Shown: positions 31,361 through 56,611, counted from the first letter of the stretch. The stretch is DNA of 64,000 bases from the human T2T-CHM13v2.0 reference genome, Homo sapiens (GCF_009914755.1 NC_060927.1), one strand, 5' to 3'. Numbers and translations: made by a program. Notes: generated from the sequence alone by a model not told the origin.

Positions 31361-34300
31361 CAAATGGGGATACCACATAGGAGTAATTTGTTAATCGATT
31401 ATGAGGGCCTCAAAGTTTGGAGAATCCAGATGCAATCTAAACTTGCAGAGAGTTAACAAGTAAAAGTTGTTGTGTGGAAAATAACGACAGGTAGCATATT
31501 GTGAATATCGGCGAAGCGCCCTGCATATTTCCAAGTCCTTTATATTCATTATCATCAGACTTCACAGTAAGACAACTTAGTAGTTATTATTACCATTTTA
31601 CAGTGCAGGAAACTGAGACCGAAAGACGTTGACACTCATTTATCTTACTGAGAGAGCCATTTACGAGGAGAAATGCGACGGTAATGGATGGTTTATTGTA
31701 GAAAATAGCCAGATAGCTACACTACGACTGCTCCTATGAAATAGAATAGTGTGGTTGTGTAACACCCTCATTGCTTGGTCAGCTTGTGGCTTACTGGTAA
31801 TGGAGTCTAGTCCTATTGAATTGTATGTTTGGAAAACGCAAATTGAATTGTATGCTTGGAAAATGCAAATTTCATTTAATAATTTTTATGGGAAACATTG
31901 CTTAAAAACAGTTATAGAGTTTGTGTAATAAACAGTTTATTTTCTATGTTGTTACTTCTCTTCATTGGTATGAATAGTTGAGACGTGACTGTGTAGTAAG
32001 TTTTCTGTTAGCATTAGTGTACATTTACTGTTCAATTTATCCAAGGCCCAGGTGGCTTATGTTAAGCTGTTGTCAGAAATTTGCACCTAGTGTCTATAAA
32101 AAGACTTTTACTAGGTTATTTGTACTAGAAGGTGTTTTGTGAAGACGGGTTTGTGTGTGTTTACGTATTTTTATTTGTATAAAGTTTCTCCTGCTGGAGG
32201 AAGTATTCCTAGGTCATTGTGCACTGTAAAGCAGCTTGTAGCCTCCTAGAAAAACCTCTGTATTCCTCCCCTCGCTCTATGGTTTAATTCTACCATTTAT
32301 TCCCGTACCTCATCTAAGAAGTGTCCACAAAACAGTACACATTTATGTAATAATGCTTTATAATTGAATCTCAACTCTGTAGTATCTTATTTTACAAATA
32401 AGGAATCTTATGCTCAGAAAGACTTGAAATTTGCCTAAAATTTTACACCTTAGTAGAGGCACAAGGACCTAAATCAGGATCATCTTGGTTTTTTCCTTGT
32501 ATACCTGGAGATAGCTTGACTTGAAAGCTTTAATTCTGTTTCCCAAACAGGGGTGTTCTGTAGGATGTTGCTCCATATAAATGAAGATTGGGTTGGAATG
32601 TTGAGAAGGGATCACTTCTGTTTAAGTGTTTAGTCATGTTTGTTGGGGACTTACAATGTGCTGCGGCTCTTAGGTACTGTAGTGTATAATCCAGCAACCA
32701 GCGCTCTTCCACAGATCGTAAAACTGAGCCTCAGCATTGAAGCGACTTGCCTAAGGTCATTTAGCTTCCAAGTGACAGAGGTGTGAAATCAAAGTTCATG
32801 CCCTCATAGACTGTAGGGCCTCCAGATAAGTTTTGAAATGCTAAATTAAAATTTATTTATTGCAGGACTTATCAAAGCTTTTAATGTGTTCCCATGAAAG
32901 GAAACTCATACAAGGATATGTAAAACTGCAAAGAAGTTTACTCACAAAAGGGTGTAAAGGAGTCAGGGCTCCCGATGACTGCCTTGCCAAATAAAAAACA
33001 TAACAGGTGTTTTAAGTGGGAAAAAACCAATATGACCAAGAGTACCAAGTTTACATTAGTGTGTTTATCTACCATCAACTTTTCTACCAGCTTATCTACC
33101 AAAAGCTTTTCTCACTTTATTATCTCATTAACAAAAGCCTTGTCTCTAGACATTGATAATTTATAGGAAATGTTCAAGGTATGATTTATTTTGGGGACCA
33201 GATCTAAGCAGCGTGTGCGGTTTTTTGTGGGTTTTGTTTGTTTTTTTGTTTTTTTTAATCTCAGGTCACAAAGTTTTAGGTTTGTTTTCCTGACTGTGGG
33301 ATGTGATGTACATGTTTATTTTGAATGACAGCAGAATAATGTCAGTTTTGCTTCCAATCTGTTAGATATTATGTATCTCCAAGAGTTGCTTATCAAATGC
33401 TAGGAGTCTCAAACCTAATGACAAAGACACTCCATGTTTTTATTGCCTGGAGTGGTAAAAATGACTGCTCGTACAGTTATGCTGTCAGTCAGCTCTTCTG
33501 ATTCCTTGACATGCCGCTCTATCCAGAATCTCAATCTGTGCCTTTTTGCTGATTCCCCTCCCCCACAACCATCTCCCTGTCTTCCAGTCTGTTTTCGGAG
33601 CCCTGGGGGAGGCCCTTATTATAGCTTAGTAACCAGTTTATTTCACCTTCTCCTCTTGTGATAGAGCTTCCCTGCATCTCATAATCACTATTAGAAGACA
33701 CAGGATTTCATTGTCCTAAGATAGTCAAACCTAGGGGGCTTTTGATTCTTTGAAAGTCACAAAACATGGGGGATCTTTTCAGCTGGCAGGTGGTAGGAAG
33801 AGTTTGAGCCCCAGGGTTGGGCAGTTCTGGATTCTAATCCTGGTACCACCTGTGCAACAACTGCCTCATCTGTGAAATGAGGATGGTAATGCCTAACCGG
33901 CAGGGCTGTTTAAAAATTAAATAATAGCAACAAACCATTTATTTTGTATTAGGATGAGCACTTACATGCATTTTCTCAGTTAAATGTCCCAGTAGTCTAT
34001 CATAGCAGTCTATGAAGTAAGTGCAGTTATTATAATCACATTACAGATGGGGAAACTGAGGCTCAGTGACTTAAATAACTTGCTTAAGCTCACATAGCAA
34101 GCAGTCTGACTTCAGTGTCTTCACCACCACACTGTACTTCATTTCATTCCCGCCTCTAATCAGTACATTTATTGCAAGCCTGCCACAGTGCCTACCATTT
34201 GCTTCCTTCCCCCTCAGTGGATCTGCTGTCACAAGGAGTATAGCCGTAAAATTTTAGCCTGTGAAAATATGTAGGAAAATGTAAAAAAAAAAAAAAAAAA

Positions 34301-35307
34301 AGACACTGAGGATGCAAATTACCTGTATACTTGGAAGTGATTTGCAAAAGCGTTTTGCTAAACAGGCAACATTCAAGGGCCTGTAAGAAACCAGATTGAT
34401 TGTTTTGCTTAGCACTGCTGCTGCTGGAGCTGCTGGTGGTTCTGTGGCCAGCAGTGAACCTGATATGCTCTGCAGTGTATAATAGCCATACTGTCTGAAA
34501 CAGTCTTTTGGGTTTACCCAGGGTAACACCCCTTTGGAGTGTCCCCCAGAAAGAACCTACCTGCTCTGAGTCTCCAGCTATGCACTTCACCCACCTAGTC
34601 GTCTCTCCCCTCCTCCAGTTCATGTCTCAGTCGTCTCTCTTGGAAGATATGAGGGGCGGTTTGTCCATCAGAAAGGTTGAGCAGTTGGAAATTCATTACA
34701 AAGCGCAACATGAAAGAGGCTTGGAGTAAGATCAGTATAACATAGATGGAGAGGAGTGACTATAAGCACATGACAGAGATGCCCCAAAGGACAAGCAGGA
34801 TGTGCTCTAGGTGGCTTTGTGCTTGTCACTGGGGAGTGGAAATGGTGACATATGCTACAAAAATAGGACTGGGCTGACTTCACCTCTTACATAACTCTCA
34901 TTTCATACTTTCCTTTCTTGAAGGCAGTGATGGTGGTCTAGAAATTATTTTTGAATCTGTTTAAATCTCAGCTCAGTCACTTACAGAAGTGAAGTGGCTT
35001 TTATGAAGTCACCAGCTTATAAATGGCAAAATTAACTAGAAGCTCTGGTTGGCAGTTAAATATTTGTATTTTAGTGGAAGAGATAATTAGTGCAGTTTGG
35101 AAGGCAAGTTTTCTGGATAGGACGTATGGAAGGCGGAGGTAGAATTATAAAAGGCATCCTTGCAGGAGACCACTACCTAAAAAAGTCTTTCTTCTTGTCT
35201 GCCTTGTTAACAAATAGTATCTGGTAGAGGGCCTGTGGTAGTCTTCCACCCTGGTTCTTTCAGGAAATTTTCTGTTCTAATTGCTTCAAAAGAAACAATA
35301 CAGTATT

Positions 35308-35436
35308 GGCTGGTGCAGTGGCTCATTCCTATAATCCCAGCACTTGGGGAGGCTGAGGTAGGAAGATCACTTGAGCCCTGGAGTTTGAGACCAGCCTGGG
35401 CAACATAGCAAGATCCTGTCTCTACCCGAGAAAAGG
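35308..35436 (+). mobile_element. Alu left monomer (FLAM-like) with 19-bp TSD
   Basis: AAAGAAAC(A/T)ATACAGTATT at 35289-35307 and 35437-35455. Confidence 0.85.
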
Positions 35437-35699
35437 AAAGAAACTATACAGTATTTATTCGATATCACTTTTGTTTAACTGCTTATGTTGCCACTTTGAA
35501 CCTGTCCTCTTTCAGTATTTATGAGTTTACTAATCCTGATACCTCTTTGTCATTCAGACTTGGCTCTTGGCACTGACTTTTTTTTTTAAATTATTATACC
35601 TTCAAAGATTACCATGTCTGAGGACAATTGAAATATTGCAGTCTTGAGTAGCATTTCTCAAAAATAATTCTCAAACTGCTTAGATGTATACTCTACTTT

Positions 35700-36224
35700 T
35701 GTGTTTGGGATCTCCAAGACCACCCCAAATCCAGAGACTGTCTAGAACTAGGACAAGTGGGTCCCAGTATACAGCTGTATTCAAGGCTGAGATTATTACC
35801 ATATCTAGTAAGGGGTCACAGCCAGATCATGATGGCAGAAGACATGGGGGGTCTGGAGGAGCCTGGGTGCAGGCTTCCTACATCTGTCCCTCCCTGAGAG
35901 GGCCACACAGCAATGAAAATGCAGCAACATGTGTCCAGGGAAGCCCATTAGGGATTCAGTGCCCAAGCTGGTCACATAGGCACCCTCTGCCTAGCATGAA
36001 CCAAAATTCCAGACTCCCAGAAGGCAAGCAGGTTTTCAGCATGAACTACATTGTACATCAGTTTAGACACAGCGAGACACTCTCCATCATTTAGGGAAAA
36101 TTTTGTATCTGTGTAGAGAACTGTTACTAGCCAAGTTCCCAGATGCCAGGCAAGGGGCAGCCTTGGAAGCAGACCTTCCTAAGGATAGCAGTCTCACATC
36201 TGCTGTGTAACTCTCTTCTGTGCA
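35700..36224 (-). mobile_element. MER21-like LTR
   Basis: Resembles recalled MER21 sequence (CCAAAATTCCAGACTCCCAGAAGG, CCAAGTTCCCAGATGCCAG). Confidence 0.6.
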
Positions 36225-36365
36225 TTTATAAAATCGGTATTGTAAATAACAGGAACTCTAAGTTTCTAACAAAAAGTTTCCCAGCTTCTGTTTGTGCTTT
36301 TTCTTTTTAAAAAATAAAACTTTAACAGCCTTATGGCAAATTACTGCACAATGTCTGATCTAGTG

Positions 36366-36858
36366 CAGTGGTCCCCAACCAGTCTATGGCCTTTTAGGAA
36401 CCAGGCCACACAGCAGGAGGTGAGTAGTGGGCAAGTGAGCAAAGCTTTATCTGTGTTTATAGCCACTCCCCATCACTCACATTACCACCTGAGCTCCACC
36501 TCCTGTCAGATCAGCAGCAGCATTAGATTCTAATAGAAGCACTAACCCTATTGTCAGCTGTGCATGTGAGGGATCTACGTTGTGTGCTTCTTATGAGAAT
36601 CTAATGCCTGATGAACTGTCACTGTCTCCCATGACCCCCAGATGGGACCATCTAGTTGCAGAAAAACAAGCTCAGTGTTCCACTGATTCTACACTATGGT
36701 GAGTTGTATACTTATTTCATTATATATTATAATAATAAAGTGCACAATAAATGTAATGTGCTTGAATCATCCTGAAACCATCCCCCATCCCCCCATTCCG
36801 TGGAAAAATTGTCTTCCATAAAACTGGTCCCTGGCTCCAAAAAGATTGGGGACTGCTG
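36366..36858 (+). mobile_element. MER1A-like hAT-Charlie DNA transposon
   Basis: TIRs CAGTGGTCCCCAA / TTGGGGACTGCTG; 8-bp TSD ATCTAGTG / ATCTAATG. Confidence 0.85.
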
Positions 36859-37171
36859 ATCTAATGGTAGGCCACAAGAGGGTGTTTCCTGGGGAAAGCC
36901 TAGCTGACTACCTAGCAAAGGCTGTAGGATGGCACCATTGTATAGTCACTTAAGTCATGAGGTCCAGTTCTCATTTTGTAGGCTCAGAAATTTGATTCTG
37001 TTGGTGTACATAGAGGTGGCTCATACTAGCCAAACGCATGAGAGACTGACTTATATACTAGAATATCCTTTTATAATTTCCCTGGGAAAAAAATAAACTG
37101 TCAGGTAGGTCTGGTCAGCACTTCCTCTGCTTTTGGGGAGAGAAACAGGTGGAGAAGTCAGAGGTTTCTGA

Positions 37172-42731
<5,560 letters not shown>

Positions 42732-42834
42732 TGATATCTCAGTGGAATATTCTGATACAGAACATGTGATACATCTGATATTCTGAAACATCTGAAACAA
42801 TGTATGAGAAACAGCTTTCATTAAAAACTACAAG

Positions 42835-43157
<323 letters not shown>

Positions 43158-43679
43158 GTATATCTTTTGATACCACACTATGGTATTTGATCCTCACCAC
43201 GACCAGTTAAGTGGGTAGTATAATCTTCATTTTATAGGGAAAGGTAGCAAGGCCCAGGGAAGTTGGTTTTGTGACATGTTCTTAAGTGGCAGAGCTGGGT
43301 CTTGAGCCCAGATCTTCTGGTTTCGTTAGTCATGCCCTTTAAGCTCCTTGAGAACAGAGAGAACAGTTTTTCACAGAGTGTTTTCTCAATTATGTGGCTC
43401 ACATTGAACATATCTCAAATCAGGAAGATATATCTTCACATAGAAATATATGGGATCATTTGTTTTTCTTTCAGAAAAGCTGTCATTGAATCAGTTGTAG
43501 TGCCTCTGAAATCACTGTTGTAGAATCAAGGAAATATATAGATCTCTCTCCAGTGCCTAATAGAGCCTTTATACATAATATATGCCTGGTAAATGTTTGT
43601 ATGCTAAGTTCAAGAATAAGCTGATTTTATAAAGCAAAATGTGCTTCTAAAAGTTGTATGCCTGTGCTTGTCTCTGCAG

Positions 43680-43808
43680 GTATTTTATGCATGGTGTGTG
43701 TCGGGAAGGAAGTCAGTGCCTATTCTCACATGACTTGGCAAACAGCAAACCGTCCACCATCTGCAAGTACTACCAGAAGGGCTACTGTGCCTATGGAACT
43801 CGGTGCAG
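43680..43808 (+). CDS. MKRN2: MKRN2 exon 2 (most of CCCH zinc fingers 1 and 2), GC donor
   Basis: CTGCAG acceptor; AG|GCAAGG donor is required to join GTRC-R-YDH; 129 nt. Confidence 0.93.
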
Positions 43809-44875
43809 GCAAGGACTCTGCAACAGATTCCAGCTGTGACACTGATTTCATTTGGAGAATGGGTCTTGATAAGGGGGAAATTTTAATGTAAAAGTAATAT
43901 GGCAACATCACAAAAAGTATGGCAAATAAGTTTAAAACCTCAGTTTCAGTACCCTAAAACTAATTTTCTTTTCTTTTTTTTTTTGAGATAGAGTCTCTCA
44001 CTGTTGCCCAGGCTGGAGGGCAGTGGTGCGATCTCAGTTCTCTGCAACCTCCGCCTCCAGGGTTCTCCTGCCTCAGCCTCCCAAGTAGCTGAGATTACAG
44101 GCATCTGCCACTACGCCTGGCTGATTTTTTTTTTTTTTGTATTTTTAGTAGAGATGGGGTTTCACCATGTTGGTCAGGCTGGTCTCTAACTCCTGACCTC
44201 GTGATCCTCCCGCCTCAGCTTCCCAAAGTGCTGGAATTACAGGCGTGAGCCACCGTGCCTGGCCTAATTTTCATTTTTTAAAACTACTTTTCAGCCTTAT
44301 TCTTATGAATATATAGTTATAAAATTGTACACAATTCCGGAAACTTGTTCATGCTTTTGTAGCAAAGAGCCGATCTTTTCTTTCTAGACTGCAAAGCTTC
44401 CTTCCCTCCTTTTTCTCTGCAGTGCAGTGGGAGATGATGGAAGTAGGCCCACGTTGGTCTTCCCCTGTCAATGAGTGCCAAGAGAGACAGTCAGGGAGAG
44501 ATCATTGGCCCTTGTCAGCATTTTGGGGACTCCTGCTCAAAAGAATACTGGGTCAGTCAGGCATCAGGAGATTTTAGCTCAACATCTGTTTGGAACTTTC
44601 AGGTTCTCTGTGTGGTCTGGTGCTGTGTGTCTGTCCCACTCAAGTCCCACAGAGACACTTAAGCATAGGTGATAGATAGCAAATGTCCCCCTCACAATGA
44701 ATTGCCAAGCATCTGTTAATAATCGATAATCCTGTTAGAGTTTAAATATTGGAAAAGATGGCCGCCTTCTTCACCTCAACAAGTGCAGCAGAAGGAGGGC
44801 CATTGGCATCTGGGGAGTGTGGGAGATGTGTGTGGGTGGCATGTCTGTAATGCATCTGCTGTGTGTTTTGTTTAG

Positions 44876-45057
44876 ATATGACCACACGAGGCCCTCTGCT
44901 GCAGCTGGAGGTGCTGTGGGCACCATGGCCCACAGTGTGCCCTCCCCAGCTTTCCACAGTCCTCACCCTCCTTCCGAGGTCACTGCATCCATTGTGAAAA
45001 CTAACTCACATGAACCCGGAAAGCGTGAAAAGAGAACATTGGTTCTTAGAGACCGAA
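44876..45057 (+). CDS. MKRN2: MKRN2 exon 3 (YDHTRPS...LVLRDR)
   Basis: TTTAG acceptor, A|GTGAGT donor, 182 nt. Confidence 0.95.
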
Positions 45058-45380
45058 GTGAGTAAGCGGAAGCCTTTTGTTGCGTCTTTTTGCATAGCAC
45101 TCTTGTTAATGCTTGGTGCTCCTTTCTAGCCTCCTCTTGTCAAGAGGACTCCTAACCTAATACACCTCCAGATTGTCTGCGCGGAGAGACTTCAGAACTG
45201 TTCTGAAGAGGCTCCATGTGGCTGCAGATCATTCAAATGATACATTCGCCCTCGTGCCCAAGGCTGGGTTGAGCTCCAAGACTGGCCTGGTAAAACATAA
45301 AAACACAATCTTTTTGTCAACATGTAACTTCCATCTTCATATGGTGGTTGTCCAGCTGGTGAGAAGCATCAAGCTCTTCA

Positions 45381-45753
<373 letters not shown>

Positions 45754-46873
45754 TTAGGCCAGTGAATGGTCTTAGTTTTTATGCTGACAGTGTTTGACAG
45801 TTTAGATTGCACCTTTGGGAAAAGAATAGCACACTAGGGTTTGGGGCATGGTCTGTGCCTTAAAACAGGGTTTGATGAGGAAGAAAGCTACAAATTGTAA
45901 AAGTTTTTTTGTTGTGTTTTTTGTTTGTTTTGTTTTTGTTTTTTTTTTGGAGATGGAGACTCGCTCTGTCGCCTAGGCTGCAGTGCAGTGGCATGATCTC
46001 CACCTCCCGGGTTCAAGGGATTCTCTTGCCTCAGCCTTCTGAGTAGCTGGGAATACAGGTGCCCACCACCATGCCCAGCTAATTTTTGTATTTTTAGTAG
46101 AGACAGTGTTTCACTATGTTGGCCAGGCTGGTCTCAAACTCTTGGTCTCATGATCCGCCCGCCTCGGCCTCCCAAAGTGCTGGGATTACAGGCAAGAGCC
46201 ACTGCACCTGGCCATAAAAGTTGTTTTTATTGGCTGGTCCTCACCAGGTGAAGAGATTTCTAGTTCTTGGAATTGGCTACCATGAGGTAGGCAGATTCTG
46301 TCCTCAGCAAATGAGTAATCCTGTGAGAATACGTGACCTCTAAACAAGCTCGGAGGTGTGCAGTGGGAAGGCAGCAGCTCCTGGCGTGAGAAGGGGTGAC
46401 CATGGGGCAGTTTACACTGGCCTCAGGACCCACAGATTTGCTCTAGACATCTATTCTAGTTCACTTAAAATGATTTTACCTTTGCTGGTATGAAGGAAAC
46501 ACTGTGTTCTAGTGCTCTCACTGTTTTTTTGTTTGTTTTAGTGTTAACTGGTCCATGTGTTAACATTTCCATATTTGCCATTTTAAACGGCTTTAGTGTT
46601 CTTTTGTATAAGTATATCCTATTGTTTTGCTATTTCCCTGTCTTGCCATTTTTGTTTTTTGTTTTTTGTTTTTTTAAGTAATTATAAGTAATGTCACTAT
46701 GAACATTTTATACTATTCCTTTTATTTTTCCCCTTCGGTGTGTTTTTTTTGCCATATGTTCTCAAGAGTGGAATTCTTAGGTCAGAGTAGCTTAATATGT
46801 TAGGCTTTGGCTAACGGCATACCAGAAAAATGGGGCCATTTTCATGTGCATGTGTGCTGTGTGTTGTTTTCAG

Positions 46874-47178
46874 ATCTCTCTGGCATGGCTGAAAGGAAGA
46901 CCCAGCCGAGCATGGTGAGTAATCCAGGCAGCTGCAGCGACCCCCAGCCCAGCCCCGAGATGAAGCCGCATTCCTACCTGGATGCCATCAGGAGTGGCCT
47001 TGATGACGTGGAGGCCAGCAGCTCCTACAGCAACGAGCAGCAGCTGTGCCCCTACGCAGCTGCTGGGGAGTGCCGGTTTGGGGATGCCTGTGTCTACCTG
47101 CACGGGGAGGTGTGTGAAATCTGTAGGCTGCAAGTCTTGCACCCATTCGACCCAGAGCAGAGGAAGGCTCATGAAAAG
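46874..47178 (+). CDS. MKRN2: MKRN2 exon 4 (CCCH finger 3 and makorin Cys-His motif)
   Basis: TTTCAG acceptor, AAG|GTAAAG donor, 305 nt. Confidence 0.95.
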
Positions 47179-47288
47179 GTAAAGTCACAAACCTTTGCAT
47201 GAACTCATGTTAAGAAATCTGAAATGTACTGAACAGGACACGGAAGGCCATCCATATACACTCAAGAAATCTGAAATGTACTAAGTGA

Positions 47289-48845
<1,557 letters not shown>

Positions 48846-49596
48846 AGGCATGTTTAAATGGACAGCGTATTCCTAGATAATCAAGAGGTAAATTAGTACT
48901 GACTCCATGTGGCAGCGGACAAGGAGACACTCTCCATTGTCTTCCAGGGAAGCAGAGGGTTAGAGCTGTCTTCTTTATGCAAGTGTGTGAGGTCTCTGCG
49001 GTGAGTGTTGGCTTGTCTCAGATCTGGACAGACTGAGCTTACAAGGGCTGGGCCTAGGTCTTCTCACTCTTGCTCAAATGCCAGCACATAGAAGGAATTC
49101 AGGGCATGCCTAGTGAATGAATGAATTCATTGAATCATTTTCTTGGGGAGAAGTGGTGCTTCTTACATAGGACTAGGCTGCCAGCCTCAAGCCTCATGGT
49201 AAGGACGAGTCAGCATCTCTGATGTAGACATGGCTCAGAGTCGGGGGAAACAGTGCCCAGAGGAGCTGGGGGACTAGGGCCGCAGTCCTTACGGACTCTG
49301 ACTCCACTGCAGTTTAACCTTTTTGGATCTCCGTGTTCTCAGTCCTAAATGGGTGGTGACCATGTCACCTCCTAGGAAAGCAAGGGGCTGGACCAGTGAT
49401 GGTTTGAAGTCCTTTGTGTGGTCTGAGGGAGATGTCAGTGTCCTGACTTGGGGGAGCCTGGGCCTTTGCTCACAGCAGTCGCTGTCAGTGTTCCTTCCTG
49501 ATCTCAGCTGTGGCAGTGTGGCTGCAGCTACTCCTAGGGCTCCTGCCACTCCTCAGTGGCCCACAACCAAAGCCTTCCTTCCTGTCTGTGCTTCAG

Positions 49597-49811
49597 ATCT
49601 GCATGTTGACGTTCGAACACGAGATGGAAAAGGCCTTTGCCTTCCAGGCAAGCCAGGACAAAGTGTGCAGTATCTGCATGGAAGTGATCCTGGAGAAGGC
49701 CTCTGCTTCTGAGAGGAGATTTGGGATTCTCTCCAATTGCAATCACACGTACTGTTTGTCCTGCATCCGGCAGTGGCGGTGTGCCAAACAGTTTGAAAAC
49801 CCAATCATTAA
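49597..49811 (+). CDS. MKRN2: MKRN2 exon 5 (most of the C3HC4 RING)
   Basis: CTTCAG acceptor, AA|GTAAGT donor; CSIC...CNHTYCLSC. Confidence 0.95.
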
Positions 49812-50989
49812 GTAAGTACAGCCAGGGGTCTTAGCTGTGGGAGCTAGGAGAATGTTTGATTTGAGACTTTATTCCGTCCACTTTTAAGCCCTCCGTTACC
49901 CTCAAGAGTAACTGGTGAGTTCTGGCCCCTGGCTGCATGAACTTCAGCAAGTCATTTACTCTTCCTGAGCCTAAGTGCCTGTTCCTATAAAAGATGGGCA
50001 ACAATTCCTACCAAGCTTTCTGGGTGTTGGGGAGGAACTCAGCAAAGATGATCTGTGTAAAAAGGTGTTAAATGGCACTGACCTGTTTTCATCTCCTAGC
50101 CTTGTGTTTGAAATCCAGTAGTACCTGCCTGTAGCCCAGTTGCCTGTTAATCATTTTGAGCTTCGTTTTTTCCCCCCACCAAAAACGAAAATAGGGTTAT
50201 TTGAGGATGAAGTGGAATAATGCATGTAAAACATTCTGCATGATGCCTGGCACATGGGATGTGCTCAATGTGGCCAACATAGGAGTCTCAAATTCTCCAG
50301 CAGGACAGGGGAAGAGCTGGCATGTGGAGAGGTTACTGCACGCGTTCTACTGTTCAGAACTCCACATCTGTCCGCTCATCTCATTCCCTCAAAGACCCTC
50401 CTCAGTTACAGATTAGGAAACAGGCCTGGGGTGCGGGGGTCAAGTAATTTGCCTAAAATCGTGTGGTGAAACAACTGCTCTATTGAGATAAAAGCCCACA
50501 ATTTAACTCACCACTCATCCGCTTTCTGTCTCTACAGAGTTGCCTATTCTGGACACTTCTTATAAATGGAATCATAGAATTTGGGGCCTTTTGTGCCTGG
50601 CCCCTTTCACTGAGCATAGTGTTGTCAGAGTTCATCCCGACTGTAGCATGTGCCAGAGTCCCCTTCTCCTGGCGGAATATGTTCCATTGTATGGACGCAG
50701 CACATTTCCCTTATCCATTCCTCAGCTAGTGGACATTTAGGCTGTTTTAACTTTGCAACTATTATGAATAATGCTGCTGTCAACATTTGTGAACACAGCA
50801 TGTGGGCATGTGTTTTCATTTCTCTTGGGTATACACCTGGGCGTGGGATTGCTAGGTTTTATGGTATAATAACTCTACATTAAACTGTTGGAGAATCTGC
50901 CAGACTCTGTTCAAAGTGGCTGCACCCTTTTACATTCTCACCAGCAATGTATGAGGGTTATTTCATCTGTCTTTTTTGTTGAGGAAACC

Positions 50990-50994
<5 letters not shown>

Positions 50995-51035
<41 letters not shown>
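50995..51035. repeat. (TG)n microsatellite, about 20 units, adjoining an antisense L1 3'-end fragment (about 51045-51256)
   Basis: Read directly from the sequence. Confidence 0.9.
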
Positions 51036-51037
<2 letters not shown>

Positions 51038-51435
51038 TTTTTTTGCTTTAAGTTCTGGGGTACATGTGCAGAATGTGTAGCTTTGTTACATGGGTATCCA
51101 TGTGCCACGGTGGTTTTCTGCACCTCTCAACCCATCACCTAGGTTTTCAGCCATGCATGCATTAGCTGTTTGTGCTGATGTTCTCCCTCCCCTTGCCCCT
51201 GCACCGACAGGCCCCGGTGTGTGATGTTCCCCCACATGTGTCCATGTGTTCTCATTGGGAAACCCTATTTTGTTAATAGTAAATAAGGTTCTTGGATGAT
51301 TGTGATTTCATCTTTTGGAATTTCTGGTGAAGGAAATGCCTGTAGTGGTGAGGCAGTTGAGCAAGAGGTTTAGCAGAGAGTGTGCCCAGGCTTCGTAACA
51401 TGACTTCTCCCTTAGTAATCTAATTCTTATTTCAG

Positions 51436-51546
51436 GTCTTGTCCAGAATGCCGTGTGATATCAGAGTTTGTAATTCCAAGTGTGTATTGGGTGGAAGATC
51501 AGAATAAAAAGAACGAGTTGATTGAAGCTTTCAAACAGGGGATGGG
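51436..51546 (+). CDS. MKRN2: MKRN2 exon 6 (SCPECRV...FKQGM(G))
   Basis: TTTCAG acceptor, GG|GTAAGT donor, 111 nt. Confidence 0.95.
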
Positions 51547-51739
51547 GTAAGTGCTTTTGAGTTTCGACGTGCCCCTGCTGCCTGCCTGGCTCTGCTGTCA
51601 GCCCGTGTCCTCGTTCTCCTTCCCAGGAGTGTGGTCTTAGGGGCCTCTTCCTCTCTTCCTTCTCTCAGGCACCATGCTGGGCTCTGGGATGCAGCAATGA
51701 GCAAGGACATGGTGATGTGGACCTGTTTAGTTTTGGTGT

Positions 51740-55562
<3,823 letters not shown>

Positions 55563-56611
55563 AGAGGGCTTTTCTTTATGCTGCTATGAAGCCGTCCTCA
55601 GAGAACTTCACCACCGGCCTGCGGCCATCCCATCTGACAAGACGGAAAACCACTGGATTCAGGAGCCTCCTTTCCCTGTTCTTGTCTCCCGCTGTCACAC
55701 ACCCCAGCTGCCCCTGACAGCAGCGTGCCCTTTCTGTTGTTTGGCTTTATTTCTGTGACTTTCCCCTTCCTCTGTACTCCGAGATGGCCCTCTGGATTCT
55801 TGGGTATCTTTTTTTTTTTAACTTCAGTTTGGGATCCTTTATGATTGGATAAACCAGAGTTCATTTGAGCAAAATGGGAATTCATTTGATTGAGTTTCCT
55901 TGGGCAGGGTTCTTAACATAGAGGTCTGTGGGGAGAATGGTAGAATTAAGAGAGAGGGAAAACATTTTGAACTGTTTGGTCACTGTATGCTGTAGACCCA
56001 TGTTTTATGCATTGAAAAACACTGTTCAGAGAAGGGGTCCAAAGCACATAAGGCGTGAAGAAGCCCTCCCTGGTGCCGAGGTTGGAGACAGGAAAACTGG
56101 AAGGAGACCTATGGCTTTAGGCAGTTGCTAAAACCCTCTGCTTTCCCTGTAGCCACCTTGACAGCACTGCGGCCAGGAGGAAGGGGAGAGTTGGCTTGGT
56201 GGGGTACCTAGGGAACTTTGAGCAGAGACAAGTGGCCCAGCTTCAGAGCTTAGTGCCCAGAGGAGTGACCAGGCCTGGCTTAGCTCTGTGGTGACCCAGG
56301 AGGTGCTCTGGAGCTGCCGGAGGGCCTGTGGAGCACTGCAGTCTCCACACAGCAAGTCCCCAGGCAGGTTAATATCCTTTGCAAGGCTGCAGGTAAGTGG
56401 GGATACTTCCTATCCTGCTTGGAAATCAGAATCCCAGCTGTGTGTGACCTGAGACAAATCACTCAACCTCTCCCAGCCTCAGCTGCCCCACCTAGAATGT
56501 GAGGCTGACCTACCTCTGGCGTAAGGGTGGTAAGGATGGAGGCAGGCAGTGGCCCAGTTTGGACCCCTCATTTTCCCACCAGCCTCTTGACTTTTTCTTT
56601 CTGCTTTTCAG

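Noticed and set aside
30384-31456. Several long ORFs on both strands around the MKRN2 promoter
   Set aside because: Expected from low stop-codon frequency in a CpG island; only the real ATG at 30873 was kept as a uORF candidate
34192-34883. Minus-strand ORFs and donor-like sites in MKRN2 intron 1 as possible upstream MKRN2OS exons
   Set aside because: Donor-like sites exist, but no exon chain can be supported from sequence alone
42750-42800. Imperfect (A/T)TCTGA(T/A)AC repeats
   Set aside because: Short, degenerate low-complexity sequence with no supportable function
47212-47282. Repeat-spacer-repeat pattern resembling a CRISPR unit
   Set aside because: Only two repeats, eukaryotic intron, no cas genes; treated as a TSD-type insertion
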